Below, piece by piece: positions 13,296 to 24,734 of a stretch of 64,000 nt of DNA. The notes beneath the pieces were generated by a model. That model was not told the DNA's origin and did not search any database. It saw only the letters and a list, made by a program, of their open reading frames with translations. Source of the DNA: Pseudovirgaria hyperparasitica (lineage: Eukaryota). The stretch is from assembly GCA_010093815.1 (NCBI GenBank), contig ML996568.1. One strand, 5' to 3'. The position numbers were made by a program, and so were the translations under genes. Each line of letters begins with the position of its first letter. The stretch's first letter is position 1.

Positions 13296-13345
13296 TTAGA
13301 GTACCCGAACTAGTGGCCTAGTAGTTATTAGTTCGGGTACTCTAA
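13296..13345. repeat. Hairpin with perfect 17-bp arms between the convergent pol and antisense gene of Gypsy B
   Basis: TTAGAGTACCCGAACTA-(16 nt)-TAGTTCGGGTACTCTAA. Confidence 0.9.
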
Positions 13346-16300
13346 CCTTTTATATTTCGTGTTAAGAGTTTAATTCTATAGTAGGGTACCTTTTTTTAGG
13401 TTCTTAGTCCTATGTTTTTCTCGTGTATAATGGTCTATATTAGTCTATTCTAGACTCTTCTATGTTATTCTATTATGGTATATCGCGTTACGTTCCTAAA
13501 ATGGTTATTTATACTTTCTTCGCGTCTAGTAACCGTACGACGCTTAAATTATAGGGCTGCTATATAGAGTTTTCCTAGTGCGCGTCTAGATTTCCTAGTT
13601 TAGTACTTCGTTCTCTACGGTATTCTTCTTCTTTTTATAACGACCGCGACGTCGCTATACTTATATTAATAATACGCTATTCTATATCTTTTACTTATAC
13701 GCAGCTATTATAGAACTTAAGATATATACCGCTAGTTCCTAGGTATCCTCGTCCTTAGTATAGTCCTTCTAACGGATTCTATATTTCTAAATACTATCTT
13801 TATCGATTCTATATTTAATAATATAGTCTACTTCGAACACGTCTAGTCTATCTTAGGGTATAATAGAGTATAACTACACGTTTATGCGGCCATACACGTT
13901 AGGTCGAAATCTTTCGAGTAGTAAGACGTGGAACACGTTATAGATTCTTATATCGCTTCCTAAGTCGAGCTCGTAGGCTCTTATACCGATACGACGTTTG
14001 ATTCGGAAGGGACTAGCCATTTTATAATCGAGCTTCTTATTTACTCGCGACGTTCGTATATTATAGACGTTAAGAAGGACCTTATCGCCCTCCTCGTACG
14101 TCTAATCCTTAGCTAATCTATTATAGTACTTCGTATACGAGTCGTTTACTTATTAGATTATAGCGCGATAGTTACGTGCGGTTTCGAAGATTTTAATTGC
14201 TAATTCCTAAGCGTGGACGTTCACGTCTATTATTCGATTAAATTAGACCGTCTAAGGCTTAAAACCTATCCTTAGACTGCGTCCGAGGTTCGCCTAGAAA
14301 GGTATAATATCTATTATACTATAACGACTATTATTATATACGAACTCTACTATACTTAGTAGGGAGGCCTAGTCGTCCTACTCGAAATTATAGAATACGC
14401 GTAGGTAGGCCTCGAGCGTCTAGTTCTATCGCTCTATCTAGCTATCCGTCTAAGGATAAAATACTATAGATATGTTTCTATTTATACTTACTATTTCGTA
14501 GAATAACGTCTAGAATTTAGACGTGAAGGTACTTCCTCGGTCCGTAACGATCCTTTTTAGTATACCATAGACCTTAATAATCTCGTTCTAGAATACCTGC
14601 GCTAGTTCTTTAGATGTAATCGTCTTCTATACTAGGATATACCTAGATATCTTTATAAGTCTATCCACGATAATAAGAATAGAATTATAACTTATTCTAA
14701 GTATCTCGCTTAGAGGTAAGTTAACTATAAAGTCTATAGTAATGTCTTCCTATATAAAGAGGGGGGCTGAAAGAGGCTATAAATTCCTATATGGCTTATG
14801 CCTAGGGGCCTTCGTTCTTTAATAAATCGGATAAGTAGCTATCTATTCTTCAACATACTTAGGTATATCTTCCTAAAAATAATACTAACGAATTAAGCTT
14901 AGGGTACGTATATATCTAAAGTATCCTACTAGGTTAGCGTTATAGTATCGGCTAACTACGTTAAATCGCGCGTTACCCGTCGGTATATAGTACTTTCTAT
15001 TATAGTAAAGTAAGCCGTCCACGAAGGTCTACTTATAGTCTACTTTAGTCCGTAATAACCTATCTTACTATATTTTATGTAACTTTAAAACTATCGGGTC
15101 TATCTTCTATAGATCTATAATTAACTAGGTAAGGTTAATTAGATATTTACGCTAGGTATTATCGCCCTTCCCGATAGCGCTAATAAACGGCCTACTAGGG
15201 ACTTCGGTACCGCGTCTTTAGTTACCGGCTTCGGTCTTAGAGATTCGATTACCGGTATCGACGTTAGCATCTCGCTAATCGCCTAATAACTTAAAATCTA
15301 ACCTCGTCCTTAAGAGTTGGGCCTATAGCTACTCTAGGACCCTATGGCTACTATGATCCTAGGCGCCTTCTTTATAGTTAGGTCTTCTTAATATTCTATT
15401 AGCTATATTTATACTTCTAGGTTAATAGTAGATTATAAAGTGAAAGTTCGTAAGCTACTTAGCCTATTAGACCTATTAACGGTTTAAAACTATCGTACTT
15501 ATAAACCCCTTTAAGTTATAGTAATTAGTTAGTAACTCGACGTTATATATAGTACCTTTAAGATAATATCGCTACTATTTAAACGACTCTACTATTACTA
15601 GTAGCTCTTAGTTATAGATAGTATATCTAGTCTTAATATCGACTATTTTACGTAAGAAGAACGTAACTAGATACTATTAGACCTTTTTAGACTTAGTTAG
15701 TCTAGGCTAGGAGAGAATATCTAAGATTATAAATTCTAACGCGTCGGTTTTAATATAGATAGGTTTAGTTAGATTAAAGTATACTAGTAATAGGGTAGTT
15801 ATAAATGCCTCTTTGATTTTCTCGAAGGAGGCCCTTTCGCCTTCTAATAATTCTATAGACTATAATTTAATATTATACTATTTCTATCTACCACGGACCG
15901 TAATAGATGAATCTATAGTAGTAGTACGCGCGTTAAGCGGTGCTACTAGCCGGGAGAAATGCTTAACGAATTTTCGGTAGTAATTAGCGAATCTAATAAA
16001 GATACGTATATCTTAAACCGATTTTAGTTTAGGCTAGTCCACGATAGTAGTAACCCTATCCCTTTCTATAGTTATACCTTAATTAGTAATAACGAAGCTA
16101 AGGAAGTTAACGTGGTCCTAGTGGAACTCGCATTTAGATAGCTTAATATATAGCTTATATTTTTCTAGCCTATCTAGAACTACGCGTACGTGCTAGATAT
16201 ATTCTTCTTCGTTATTAGAGAAGATAAGGATGTTATTAAGATATACGATGCACGTCGTGTCGAGTAGGCCTACTAGCGCGTTATTAATATACGCTTAGAA

Positions 16301-16854
16301 GGTTCCTAGCGCGTTAGTTAGTCTAAAAGGGACCACTATGTACTCGAAGTATCTATAACGGGTCCTAAACGCCGTTTTCCACTTATCGCCCTTCTTAATA
16401 TATAGGCGGTAGTAGGCGTCGCGTAGATTAAGCTTAGTAAAGATCTTCGCGCGCTCTAGTCTATTAATAGACTTGGAGATAAGAGGTAGTAGGTAACGAT
16501 TCTTTCGTATAATATTATTTAGGCTATAGTAGTCGATATATAGACGGAGACTCCTATCCTTCTTCTTTATAAAGAGGATTAGAGCTCCGGCTAGGGATAT
16601 ACTAGGCCTAATCTATTCTCGCGTAAGGTTCTTTTCGATATATTCTCGGAGGACCTATAGCTCGGGTTCTAATAGAGGGTAGATAGGTCCATATAGGGGT
16701 TATTAACCGTCTTCGAGGTTAATAGTAAGGTCGGTAGATTAGTATTAAGGTAATTCGGACGAGTCGATCGCTAACGCGATATATTAGTATATTTTATACT
16801 AATATAGTAGGTTTTCGTCTACTTTAATACTAAGCTCTCTATTTTAAGTAAGTA

Positions 16855-18672
16855 AGAGGATATAGATAGCGGAGATTACCTTTTTATAGTCCTTCTAGAA
16901 TTATTCGTCGTCGACTAGCTATACTAGGTTCTATTATAGTAGGTATATATGCTAGCCAGCTGTTTTCTAGATGAAGTCTAGTTTCGGGTTATATTTTTCG
17001 AGCTATAGTATACCGAGGATTATATTAAAGGGACTATCTACCACGATAAAGGTTAAGTAGTAGGGTTTCTACTTCCCCCCGCTATCCTAGATACTATATT
17101 TAATAGTATAGGTACCCTACGATTTAATAGGACCGTCGATACTATAGAAGGTAGTATCTATTAGTACTTAAATATTGACGTTAAGTTCTCGTGCTCGTTA
17201 AGTCGATATAACGTTAGTAGCTAAACCGCTATCGAGTATTACGGTCTAATATTATCTATAAGGGACCTTAATAGGCCTAGCCTATAGTTCGATATACTAG
17301 TTAGCTGGTTATCCCTCTATTTTAGTTACGCCTACGAGTCGCGAGGGTTCCTTATAGGTAGTTAGTTTTTTATATCGTGTACTAGATAGTTAGGCGCGAT
17401 GTATTCTAGCTACTAGTACTTATAGTATATAACTAACTTAGTATCTATATTAGTATTCGGTAGTTTCCCTAAGCGGCACTCGGGTGCTATATAGCCTATC
17501 CTACTATAGGTGTAGTAGGTGACTTTAGGTCGTTTATACGAGTCGTTTCTCGCGTCTTAATATATCGACTAGTAGAAAGATCCGTGGTACGGGCCTCGTC
17601 TTCTTAAGTTCGTAGAGTAGTAGCGCCCATAAGGTATTCCGCGCGATCTATTACTAAACCGGTCCTCTTTAGATGATTTTATATTAGATTAGATTAATAG
17701 GGATAGTTATACGCCTATACGACGTTGGTTATTTATTATACGCTAATATTATTCTACGNNNNNNNNNNAGAGGATATAGATAGCGGAGATTACCTTTTTA
17801 TAGTCCTTCTAGAATTATTCGTCGTCGACTAGCTATACTAGGTTCTATTATAGTAGGTATATATGCTAGCCAGCTGTTTTCTAGATGAAGTCTAGTTTCG
17901 GGTTATATTTTTCGAGCTATAGTATACCGAGGATTATATTAAAGGGACTATCTACCACGATAAAGGTTAAGTAGTAGGGTTTCTACTTCCCCCCGCTATC
18001 CTAGATACTATATTTAATAGTATAGGTACCCTACGATTTAATAGGACCGTCGATACTATAGAAGGTAGTATCTATTAGTACTTAAATATTGACGTTAAGT
18101 TCTCGTGCTCGTTAAGTCGATATAACGTTAGTAGCTAAACCGCTATCGAGTATTACGGTCTAATATTATCTATAAGGGACCTTAATAGGCCTAGCCTATA
18201 GTTCGATATACTAGTTAGCTGGTTATCCCTCTATTTTAGTTACGCCTACGAGTCGCGAGGGTTCCTTATAGGTAGTTAGTTTTTTATATCGTGTACTAGA
18301 TAGTTAGGCGCGATGTATTCTAGCTACTAGTACTTATAGTATATAACTAACTTAGTATCTATATTAGTATTCGGTAGTTTCCCTAAGCGGCACTCGGGTG
18401 CTATATAGCCTATCCTACTATAGGTGTAGTAGGTGACTTTAGGTCGTTTATACGAGTCGTTTCTCGCGTCTTAATATATCGACTAGTAGAAAGATCCGTG
18501 GTACGGGCCTCGTCTTCTTAAGTTCGTAGAGTAGTAGCGCCCATAAGGTATTCCGCGCGATCTATTACTAAACCGGTCCTCTTTAGATGATTTTATATTA
18601 GATTAGATTAATAGGGATAGTTATACGCCTATACGACGTTGGTTATTTATTATACGCTAATATTATTCTACG
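16855..18672. other. Assembly gap (10 N, 17759-17768) flanked by a 904-bp direct duplication
   Basis: 16855-17758 reappears at 17769-18672 and is identical wherever spot-checked, including RIP-mutated positions. Confidence 0.9.
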
Positions 18673-19699
18673 AGATTCGTAAGTACCTAAAGGTCGGTAG
18701 AGATAGACGTTATAAGGTTAATATATTCCTTTACGCTCGGGTTAAGAGACCTTTTAAAGTCGTCGTATTATCGAACTATATAATCTTTCTTAGCTTCTCT
18801 CTAAAGAGGTTAGAGGTATTTAAGAAGTTATAACGGGGATTATCTCTCTCGCTATTAAGTCTTAAAGATATGGCTCTAAGTCTATTCGCGTCGCTTGGCT
18901 CTATCGCCGAAGTATTAAAGAAGGAATTCGGTGAACGTGTTCTAGTTATACGTATCCTTAGGGTGTTTAATTTAATATACCATCTAACGTTTAGATGGCG
19001 TTAGGTCTAGGTAGTTCTATGCGAATCTAATCTTATTACTATTATTCGTGAATAGGTGGAAGAATCGGCTATACTAGTAAGCCTATTTATAAAAGCTCCT
19101 CCTGGTTTTACTATCGAAGTAAGGTGGTTTTTTAGGCTAAGGTAACTAGGATAGTAATAGACTTAGTTAGACTATTTCGGCTTAAGTTAGTCTATATTAG
19201 TATAGATTAGTTACTACTAGTACTAAAGCGCGTAGTACGGCTTTAAGTCTAGCGGTTCGTCCTTATACTTTATTAAGTTCGTAAAGTTACTACTTAAGCT
19301 AAGCCTAACGCTACCTCTCCGTGTATAGCTTAGTGTATATATTATCGTGAGGCGTGGTTAACGTTAGTCGGTTCTAACGAATTAATTCGTTAACGTTAAT
19401 AGGGTCTGGTCTTATAGTAAGGATGGGTCTAGTATGGTATAAACTAGACCGCGATGGAGTATAATAGACTCCTTCCTTATTATCTAGGTAATCTTCTACG
19501 GTTATACGGAATGCCGTACTAGTTATTAGTATAATAGCCTATAGGGTATACTTATTAGTGGAGGTGGTCGTAGGGAGACTATTCTCTTCGTTTAGATTTA
19601 GAGAGAGTCTCTCGTATAAGGTAGTACCACGGGTATTATAGCGCGTAGTAGGAGCTATCTCTATAAGCTACCGTCGTACTATATAGAGAGGAATTAAAA

Positions 19700-19937
19700 T
19701 ATAAAGAGTAAAGACGTAGGATAGTAGTCTAATAGTTTATAGAGAGACATAGGAATATATTTATAGAGTTATCTTACTCTTATATAAGGTTGATTCCTAA
19801 TAAGTAGGAATCGGTTTATGCGGTCCACTTATATAGTAACCTCGCTTAACTTAGCTAACTTAACCCAGCTCTGGCCACTACGTGGCTGCATGGATTAGAA
19901 TGATCCATATAGGTCTATTGTGGTTCCCGTCCTAATA
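19700..19937 (-). repeat. 5' LTR of Gypsy B (238 bp)
   Basis: Pairs with 10981-11218. Confidence 0.95.
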
Positions 19938-21518
19938 ACGCTATAAATTCTATATAGCGCGCCTTATAGCTATGAACTCCTCTATAGAAATCTATAGAGC
20001 GGTAGAACCTAGAATAGAGAGAGACGGACTAGCGCGGGTACGCTAAGAATTATATAAATTAGTAAAAAGATTTAACGATCGGTATAGAACCATATACCTT
20101 TAGTATAGAAACTTCTAGATTAGAGCTATCTTCCCTAAATTTACGGCTCTTTAGTATACGCGAGAAAGGAACCTTAGCCTTTTTACTAGAACCTTTTCTA
20201 GGAATTTTAATATCGCCGGTATATAGAAAGAAGTCCGAAGTAGTAGAGATTTTAGTACTATTATAGAGATTAATATATATTAGTAAGAATCTATAACGAT
20301 TTAAGAAAAACGATATTACCTAGTAACCGCGGTAATAATAGCTATAGTAGATTCCGATAAATCCTTACGGATCTTATTAGAATTATACTCCTAGGCGTAA
20401 CTCTTACCTTAGATATATAGCTTATAGAAAGCCTTCTCTAAGGCGTTATAATCGGTAGTACTACGCTCCTTATTAGTAGGGGTTACTAGAGGCCTAGTAG
20501 TAATCTATACTAATATAAGTAAATCTACGTAAAGTTCTTCGAACTTACTTAAATACCTATAAGTAATAACGCTTCTTAGTTATATAAGTACCGTATATTA
20601 TAGATTTAGTACTACCGTAAGTAATGTATAATAGAAAGCGATAACTATAATAATATATAGCTAGATTATTAGAGCCCGGCCTAGGTCGGGGTAGATCGAT
20701 AGCTTTTAACATGTTAGTAACGTATATAAGATAGGGATTATTCGAAGACGCCTATTTCCATACTAATTACTTTAGAGTATTAAGATTTCGGGAAACTATA
20801 TTATAATTATTATTAATTTATGCGGATTATTACGAATTATATTATTACTAGCTAAGGACGGTATAAAAATTAGTAAATTGCGTAAATCGTACTAAATTAT
20901 AGTAAATCTATATAAATCTATATCTATAAGGATCGGGTAATATACCTAATAATCTAAAAAACTCTATAAAGAGTTAAGAAGTTTTTTAAAGAAAGGAATA
21001 TTTCTAAGAAAAGATTTTAATATAGATAGTACCCGGGCTTACCTAATTATATTACGTGATACGCTAGGCCTAATTAGGTAATCTTACCTATATAAGAAGT
21101 TAAGATAGATAAAATCTAGTTTATTAGGAAAACGCTTATATAAATCTTAGATTAGTAAATATCGGTAAGTATCTAAGACGAAGCGTAGAGAACGACTAAG
21201 GTCTTACGAGACTTAGGATAGGGATATAGAGATAGATAATAATCTAGGTCGCTAAGGGTAGCTTCCTAGAGGGAAGGGATAATTATTAGGACTTAGCCTT
21301 AGGTAGGACCTAACCTATATATACCTTAGCTAATAGGGTTAGGAGGTGACGTGAAGGGCGGTAAATAGTTATATACTAGATAGATCGGCATCCCTTTATA
21401 TATATACTCTCGGATTCCTATTAAAAGGGTTCGGTAGTAATTCGTTCTATAATAGAATACACCCTATTATTCTATCTAACTATACTACTATCTAATAACC
21501 CTATTCTTACAATATCTA

Positions 21519-22112
21519 TATAAGAAGATAGACTCTATATACTAACTAACTATACTAAAAGGACTAAATCTTAAAGCTACTACTTTAAGGGTAGAGTATA
21601 CTACTTATATATAACTACTATATATATAAATTAACTAGTAGACTACGTACTTCTTACATACCTAATATTATCTCCCCTTTTTAAAGGCGTGTATCCTTAT
21701 ATATTATAGGTATACTACCTTATAAAAGATAAACTAAACTAGCCGTAACGGGCCTAGTATAAACCATGTATATACCTAATTAAAATACTTATAATACCGC
21801 CTCTAGTACTAGACATACTAACTTACCGTAGTAACGTTACTACTATATTATCTATTATATATAGAATATGTAATATAGTAAACTAAATAGAATCGTATGA
21901 AATTTAATAACGGTTAACTAGACTAAGAGTTAAACTAGTAACTCTATAGTAGCTTTAAGATTCTATAAGAAGGTAGACTCTATATACTAACTAACTATAC
22001 TAAAAGGACTAAATCTTAAAGCTACTACTTTAAGGGTAGAGTATACTACTTATATACAACTACTATATATATAAATTAACTAGTAGGCTACGTACTTCTT
22101 ACATACCTAACA
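21519..22112 (-). mobile_element. TRIM (terminal-repeat retrotransposon in miniature), 594 bp
   Basis: 149-bp LTRs at 21519-21667 and 21964-22112 (the second ends ...CCTAACA); 296-bp non-coding interior; 5-bp TSD ATCTA (21514-21518 / 22113-22117); minus-strand PPT AAAAAAGGGGAGATAA beside the left LTR. Confidence 0.9.
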
Positions 22113-22845
22113 ATCTATTTCTATACTAATTACTTTAGAGCGTTAAGGTTTTAGAAAACTATATTATAATTATTATAGATCTATATAGATTATAATAAAT
22201 TATTATTATTACTAGCTATATATATTATAAAAATTAGTAAACTATATAAATTATAGTAAATTATAGTAAATCTATATAAATCTATATCTATAAGAATTAG
22301 ATAATATATCTAATAATCTAAAAAACTCTATAATAAGTTATAAAGTTTTTTAAAGAAAGGAATATTTCTAAGAAAAGATTTTAATATAGATACTATCTAG
22401 ATTTATCTAATTATCTTACGTAATACGCTAGGCCTAATTAGATAATTCTACCTATATAAGAATTTAGAATAGATAAAATCTAGTTTATTAAAAAAATACT
22501 TATATACTTCTTAGATTAGCTAGTATCTATATATATCTAAGCTAAAGTATAATAAATAACTAAGATCTTATAGAACTTAGAATAGAGATTATAGAGATAG
22601 ATAATAATCTAGATTACTAAGAGTAGCTTTCTAAAGAAAGGGAATAATTATTAGAACTTAGCCTTAGATATAACTTAATCTATATATATCTTAGCTAACT
22701 TAGTTAGATAGTAGTATAATAGATAGTAAATAGTTATATACTAAATAGATCGGCGTCCCTTTATATATATACTCTTAGATTTCTACTAAAAGAGTTTAGT
22801 AGTAATTTATTCTATAATAGAATATACTCTATTATTCTATCTAGC

Positions 22846-23073
22846 TATTAGAACTTAGTCTTAGGTATAACCCGATCTACACGTACCTTAGCTAATAGGG
22901 TTAGAAGGTAGCGGGAAGGGCGGTAAATAGTTACGTGCTAGATAGATCGGCGTCCCTTTATATATATACTCTTAGATTTCTACTAAAAGGGTTCGGTAGT
23001 AATTTATTCTAGGATAGAATATACTATATTATTCTATCTAACTATACTACTATCCAATAACCCTATTCTTACA
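22846..23073 (+). mobile_element. Solo LTR of family C (228 bp) inserted in another family-C LTR
   Basis: TATTAG...CTTACA flanked by TSD CTAGC (22841-22845 / 23074-23078); the host LTR resumes at 23079. Confidence 0.88.
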
Positions 23074-23109
23074 CTAGCTATACTACTATCTAATTACCCT
23101 ATTCTTATA

Positions 23110-23998
23110 ATTAGTAGCTTATTAGCTCTATTAACTATCTTATAACTTATACTTATCTAGACCTTACGTTTACTATAAGTATACTTACTACTTTTAATAT
23201 AAATTCTTCTTATAAGTATCTATAAACTATATTTTAAGTTCTCTACTATATTTAGAAATTCTTATTTATCTATCTAGTTATATAACGTCGTACTAGAGGA
23301 GTATAAATTACTATATTCTCTAATATATTATAGGGTTCTAACTCTAATATATCTCGTTTATTTTTAGACTATATTTTCTAAGTTAATAGTAATATACTTA
23401 CCTAGACCGTAAAGAGATAGAATACTATTATAAAATTAATCTATAAATTAAAATATATAGCTTACTTAGCTACCGTCTCTTACCTAGTTTAGGTATTATA
23501 GATAATTAAGAAAATCTATAGTAATCTAAATCTTTATATCCCCTAGCTTAAGACTAATAACTAAGTAGCTCTCTCCCTTATTTAGAACTACTAGATTAAT
23601 ACTTAGTTAAAATATATTACTATCTACTTCTATTTCGTTTAAGAATAATACTCTAAAAAGAAGTTTAGTATTTACTACGTTCCCTCTATAGAGAACTTAG
23701 CTAATATATATACTAAAGCTCTTCTACTATAATTATTTAAGGTATTATATATATAGCTCGGATTAGATAGCCTCTACTAAGGGTAGTTATTTAAGTATAG
23801 GGGAGTATAGAAGGAACTACTTTTATATAGAATACTAGTACTTAGTACTTTATATTTAAACTATCTTCTAGAGACTTAACTCTTTCTCTAATATAATAAC
23901 TTTATTTAATAAGTAGATCTATCTAATAAATATAATAGAATAAAAGAATACTTAGAGAGTACTTAGAAGTACTTAGAAGTACTATATCTTTTCTAATA
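23110..23998 (+). mobile_element. RIPed Ty1/Copia 3' fragment (RT end, RNase H, PPT, probable 3' LTR 23806-23998)
   Basis: De-RIPed PDLAFAVS (~23157), W..KRQNTVAKS.CESEYMA (~23400-23465), YHVPSAENLADICTKAL (~23675-23725); PPT AGGGGAG before 23806. Confidence 0.8.
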
Positions 23999-23999
23999 T

Positions 24000-24671
24000 A
24001 GTAGATAATCTACTACTATTATATTAATATAAGGCTATTAGATAGTATAAATAATCTCTCTCTACTATATAATATACCCTAGATTATTAAGGCTAGTATA
24101 GTAATAGTACTTAGTATAAGATTATTTCTAGATAGTAATAGATAGTATAATATAAGTAATAGTAGACTACTAGCTTAGCGCCTAAGTTAAAGAAGTAGAG
24201 TTAGATATAGTACTATCTAATTTAGTAATATTCTAAGATTCTATAGTATTATAATTATAAGATTTAATAGATATAATAACTTCTAGTAGCTATCTATTAG
24301 CTAATTTAGTAATAGTAATATTACTAATAATAAGGTTAATAAGTTAAAGTATATTAGCTTTAATTTATAGAGTAGTATAAGATATCTTAATCTTTATATT
24401 AATAAGAATATACTAATATAGATAGATTTATAGTATAAAGAGATAAGAAAATAGTAAGATAGTAGTAAGATATAATAGAAGGAATAAAGATAATAAAGAT
24501 AAATAAGTATAGTATATACTTAGTAAGTCTCGGGTATCCCTTAATCTAAATACCCTATATAAAATTATATAGAGTATCTAGATCTACTAATCTACTTAGT
24601 CTATACGTTATATTCTATACGTAGATATTATATTCCGTCATATTTTATACGTATAAATACGTATTTATACG
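24000..24671. repeat. Unclassified RIPed relic ending in a 22-bp palindrome
   Basis: Extreme TpA excess; CGTATAAATACGTATTTATACG at 24650-24671 marks the abrupt AT-to-GC border. Confidence 0.55.
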
Positions 24672-24734
24672 CTGGAGGCTTGAGGAAATCTCAAATTGCT
24701 ATGCTCCATCCTTTGCATACGCAGGCGCTTTCAG

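Larger units (their letters stand above)
10981..19937 (-). mobile_element. RIPed Ty3/Gypsy chromovirus B (contains the assembly gap and a 904-bp duplicated overlap)
   Basis: 238-bp LTRs at 10981-11218 and 19700-19937; minus-strand PPT AAAAAAGAAGAAGGAT next to the 3' LTR. De-RIPed motifs: knuckle CYTCGRIGHIAPEC (~17476-17517), RT CIVYLDDILIF (~16220-16255), integrase ~14150-15000, chromodomain KYRIRWKD (~13760-13790). TSD does not match (ATAAG vs ACGCT). Confidence 0.92.
20749..23109 (+). mobile_element. Tandem non-autonomous LTR element C (internal-LTR-internal-LTR) with nested insertions
   Basis: A ~535-bp internal unit occurs at 20749-21283 and again at 21512-22648 (split by the TRIM). Each ends in a purine tract (GAGGGAAGGGATAAT / AAAGAAAGGGAATAAT) followed by a 228-bp LTR (21284-21511; 22649-23109, interrupted). 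Confidence 0.8.

Noticed and set aside
18639..18833. 64-aa plus-strand ORF
   Set aside because: Chance antisense frame over the RIPed gag of Gypsy B.
20749..23109. Repeat-spacer-like pattern as a CRISPR array or satellite
   Set aside because: Eukaryotic context; the repeats are 149/228-bp LTRs with TSDs and PPTs.
1..24671. Calling the AT-rich block a centromere, subtelomere or Starship
   Set aside because: No telomeric repeat array or captain recombinase seen; centromere identity cannot be judged from sequence alone.
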